Assembly: GCA_049890095.1 (NCBI GenBank)
Contig: JBMHCD010000003.1
Coordinates: forward strand, 14,036-78,035
Length of the DNA: 64,000 bases
Reading direction: 5' to 3'
DNA from: Flavobacteriales bacterium
GTDB taxonomy: Bacteria > Bacteroidota > Bacteroidia > Flavobacteriales > UBA7312
The notes under the pieces were generated by a model. That model was not told the DNA's origin and made no database searches. It saw only the letters and a list, made by a program, of their open reading frames with translations. A program made the translations under genes and the position numbers. Below, one piece after another: positions 61,188-64,000 of the stretch; position 1 is the first letter of the stretch, and each line of letters starts with the position of its first letter.

Positions 61188-63141
61188 TTTTATGCTCTTT
61201 TTTAAGATTAAGCTCATCTAGCAAAACTGTATGATGATCCCATTCTTCCATTGTTTTGTTAAGCTTATCTTGTTTCTTTTTATAATCCTCAAAAAAATTT
61301 GGTTTGGCACTAAGCTCCTTATATTTTTGAGGGTCAGACAATTGCAAATCTAATTCTTTTAATTCTTTTTCTATGTTTTCTATAGAGCGTTCTAAATTTT
61401 TAATCTTATTGGATTGTTTTTTTATATCCTTATCGAGTTGTTTTTTTTGATTGTAACTCAATTTGTTAGGCGATTCTATAGATATTTTTGATTTTGACTT
61501 TTGTTTATTATCTAATTCAAATTGTTTAAAATCCAATACTTTTTTAGCATTCAAAAAGTCGTTTATATCACCAATATGCTCTTTTATATTTTGATTTTTG
61601 AATTCATAAACTTTCTGAGTTAGCCCTTGCAAAAAATCACGATCATGAGAAACTACAATTAAAGTTCCGTCGTACTTTTTTAAAGCATTTTTTAAAATTT
61701 CTTTTGAAATCATATCTAAATGATTTGTAGGCTCATCCATCACCAAAAGATTTACTGGCTCTAATAATAATTTACAAAGTGCAACTCTGGCTCTTTCTCC
61801 CCCTGAAAGAACTTTTACTTTCTTTTGAGCAGCATCACCACTAAATAAAAAAGCCCCCAACATGTCTCTAACTCTTGGTCGAGAATGTTCATCGGCGGCA
61901 TCTTCCACAACTTCCAAAATAGATTTATCCCCATCCAATAATTCAGATTGGTTTTGGGCATAATAACCTAACTTCACTTGGTATCCTAATTCAACTGATC
62001 CATTATAGTCTACAGCATCTACTATTACTTTAGCAAGAGTTGTTTTTCCTTCTCCATTTTTTCCTACAAACGCAATTTTCTCACCTCTTTCGAGCATTAA
62101 ATTTACATTTTCCAAAACCTGAAGTTGGTCATAATTTTTATATATCGAATTTACTTCTAAAGTTATTTTTCCAGAGTGAGGTGCGGGCGGAAATTTAAAA
62201 TGCATACTAGCCGTTTCATCTTTTTCAACTTCGATAAGATCCATTTTATCTAACTTTTTAATTAAAGTTTGTGCAAATGCCGCCTTACTTTTTTTGTATC
62301 TAAACTTTTCTATTAACTCTTTAGTTTGTTTTATCTCCTTATCTTGGTTTTTTTTCGATTGTAATTGCTTTTCTTGACGTTCTTTTCTTAGCTCAATATA
62401 TTTCGAATAGCTTGCTCTATAATCGTTTGCTTTGCAATGAATTAAATCTATAGTTCTATTAGTTACTGCATCCAAAAAAGCTCTATCATGAGACACTAAA
62501 ATAACTGCACCAGTATAATTTTTCAGCCAATTTTCTAACCATACAATAGATTCTATATCTAAATGATTGGTAGGTTCGTCTAGCAATAAAACATCTGGTT
62601 TTTGTAGCAGTAACTTTGCTAATTCAAGACGCATTCTCCATCCTCCACTAAATTCTGTTGTTTGCCTATTAAAATCTTCGTTTTTAAAACCAAGACCAAT
62701 TAAGACTTGGCTCATTTCTGATTGAATGGAATAACCTCCTAACAACATGAATCGTTCATCACATTCTGTATGATCAACAATTAACTGCATATACTCTGGA
62801 GAATCGTAATCCGTTCTACTGCTCATTTGATGACCAAGAGACTCTATCTTTTTTTCTAAAGTTTTAATTTCAACAAATGCTAACTCAGCTTCTTCTTGAA
62901 TTGTTCTTCCGTCTTCAAATTCCAAATCTTGCTTCAAAAAACCTAAAGAACTATCATTAGGAGTTGAAACCGTACCACTATTTGGTGGTAAATTTCCTGA
63001 TAACACTTTTAAAAGTGTTGATTTTCCAGCTCCATTTTTTCCAACTAAACCAACACGATCCCCTTTATTGACCATAAAGCTTATGTTGTCAAAAAGTTCT
63101 TGACCACCAAAATAAATAGATAAATTGCTAACTGAAATCAT
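61177..63141 (-). CDS. ABC-F family ATPase
   Basis: Two NBDs (GKNGAGKS/FSGGW/LDEPTNHLD; GKNGEGKT/LSGGE/MDEPTNHLD), no TM domain, C-terminal coiled coil; promoter box TACTTTTG at 63148-63155. Confidence 0.93.
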   Translation of the reverse strand: MISVSNLSIYFGGQELFDNISFMVNKGDRVGLVGKNGAGKSTLLKVLSGNLPPNSGTVSTPNDSSLGFLKQDLEFEDGRTIQEEAELAFVEIKTLEKKIESLGHQMSSRTDYDSPEYMQLIVDHTECDERFMLLGGYSIQSEMSQVLIGLGFKNEDFNRQTTEFSGGWRMRLELAKLLLQKPDVLLLDEPTNHLDIESIVWLENWLKNYTGAVILVSHDRAFLDAVTNRTIDLIHCKANDYRASYSKYIELRKERQEKQLQSKKNQDKEIKQTKELIEKFRYKKSKAAFAQTLIKKLDKMDLIEVEKDETASMHFKFPPAPHSGKITLEVNSIYKNYDQLQVLENVNLMLERGEKIAFVGKNGEGKTTLAKVIVDAVDYNGSVELGYQVKLGYYAQNQSELLDGDKSILEVVEDAADEHSRPRVRDMLGAFLFSGDAAQKKVKVLSGGERARVALCKLLLEPVNLLVMDEPTNHLDMISKEILKNALKKYDGTLIVVSHDRDFLQGLTQKVYEFKNQNIKEHIGDINDFLNAKKVLDFKQFELDNKQKSKSKISIESPNKLSYNQKKQLDKDIKKQSNKIKNLERSIENIEKELKELDLQLSDPQKYKELSAKPNFFEDYKKKQDKLNKTMEEWDHHTVLLDELNLKKEHKNES

Positions 63142-63212
63142 TAAGCACAAAAGTAATCTTTAGTACTCTATAAAAAAATGATTTTTTATTTTTAATACTA
63201 AACTAAAAATAG

Positions 63213-63220
63213 TACATTTG
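63213..63220 (+). promoter_or_regulatory. -7 promoter box (TACATTTG) for tRNA-Met
   Basis: TAnnTTTG match 8 nt upstream of the tRNA. Confidence 0.65.
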
Positions 63221-63228
63221 CATTATAT

Positions 63229-63301
<73 letters not shown>

Positions 63302-63309
63302 CTAAGTTG

Positions 63310-63343
63310 AAACGATTATGTATATATGCATAATCGTTTTTTT
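63310..63343 (+). terminator. Intrinsic terminator after tRNA-Met
   Basis: AAACGATTATG-TATATATG-CATAATCG-T7. Confidence 0.8.
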
Positions 63344-63407
63344 ATATCAAAACATGATTTATTTTCAATACAAAGCATTAATGTAGAAAAAACTTATAGT
63401 ATTAAAT

Positions 63408-63812
63408 TTAACTTACTTTTCTGTTTACCAACAAGGCCATAGGGATATAAGCAAAAAGTAAATCTACAATTGAAAACCACAAAGGTGATGGTAACATAAA
63501 TAAATTTATTGTTATACCGCCAGCAAAAAAGAATAGTGCAACAGAAATTGAAGCTATTTTTTTATGTTTTTGAGATACTAAAACAGCGATTATAACCCCA
63601 GAAAGTGTACCCAAAGCATGAGCTAAAAAAGGAAAAATAAAATAATACCAATCTAAACTTGGCATCACTAACATCAAATCATCTACCGATTTTGAATCTA
63701 AGTTATTTGGCAATGGAAAAACAATACCGCCAAGTTCGACTAATGACATATTAACAGTAGAGCCAATAAATAATCCTATTATTATTGCCAAGAAGGTTCG
63801 TAAAATTTGCAT
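63408..63812 (-). CDS. Conserved hypothetical membrane protein
   Basis: Four hydrophobic segments, PFLAHALGTLSG, LPSPLWF..VDLL.AYIPM. Confidence 0.75.
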   Translation of the reverse strand: MQILRTFLAIIIGLFIGSTVNMSLVELGGIVFPLPNNLDSKSVDDLMLVMPSLDWYYFIFPFLAHALGTLSGVIIAVLVSQKHKKIASISVALFFFAGGITINLFMLPSPLWFSIVDLLFAYIPMALLVNRKVS

Positions 63813-63819
63813 ACTGTAA

Positions 63820-64000
63820 CTAATTAAAATAAATCAACGCAACCGCATGTGCTGCTACTCCTTGTTCTGTTCCTACAAAACCCATTTTTTCTGAGGTAGT
63901 TGCTTTAATAGAAAGCTGTTCAGAGTTTACTTTCATACAAGCGGACAATACTTTTTGCATTTCTGGAATATGAGGATTTAGTTTTGGCTTTTCCAAACAA
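63820..64000 (-). CDS. ispF: 2-C-methyl-D-erythritol 2,4-cyclodiphosphate synthase, 3' part only
   Basis: Hand translation CLEKPKLNPHIPEMQ...SIKATTSEKMGFVGTEQGVAAHAVALIYFN-stop; 5' end outside the window. Confidence 0.92.
   Translation of the reverse strand, partial: CLEKPKLNPHIPEMQKVLSACMKVNSEQLSIKATTSEKMGFVGTEQGVAAHAVALIYFN

Overview
AT-rich (roughly 30% GC by eye), gene-dense chromosomal segment of a Bacteroidota bacterium, most likely a streamlined marine Flavobacteriales. This rests on TAnnTTTG -7 promoter boxes, no Shine-Dalgarno motifs, T9SS cargo proteins, gldA, a split atpD-atpC and fused secDF. It is mostly core genome: secDF, tatA, mdh, gyrB, ftsE, murB, ruvC, greA, ahcY, ribF, atpD/C, rsgA, dtd, metK, der, era, ispF, tRNA-Leu(TAG) and initiator tRNA-Met. 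I saw no CRISPR array, transposase, integrase or prophage gene. The most notable items are: (1) a biotin operon bioF-bioD-bioA-[FabF-type ketosynthase]-bioB with no known pimelate-supplying gene, suggesting an uncharacterised biotin precursor route; (2) a three-gene unit of a TonB-receptor-like barrel, a 1377-aa Ca-motif protein with an atypical T9SS-like C-terminal domain, and a PorV-like barrel, possibly a dedicated secretion or surface-capture system; (3) a TPP riboswitch with non-canonical pyrophosphate-sensing junctions ahead of a TonB receptor, next to a GGGP synthase-ykoF-pnuC-nadR operon; (4) a SAM-II-type riboswitch before metK with an AUG-sequestering hairpin; (5) many apparently leaderless transcripts. 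All family calls come from motif recognition; no database searches were run.
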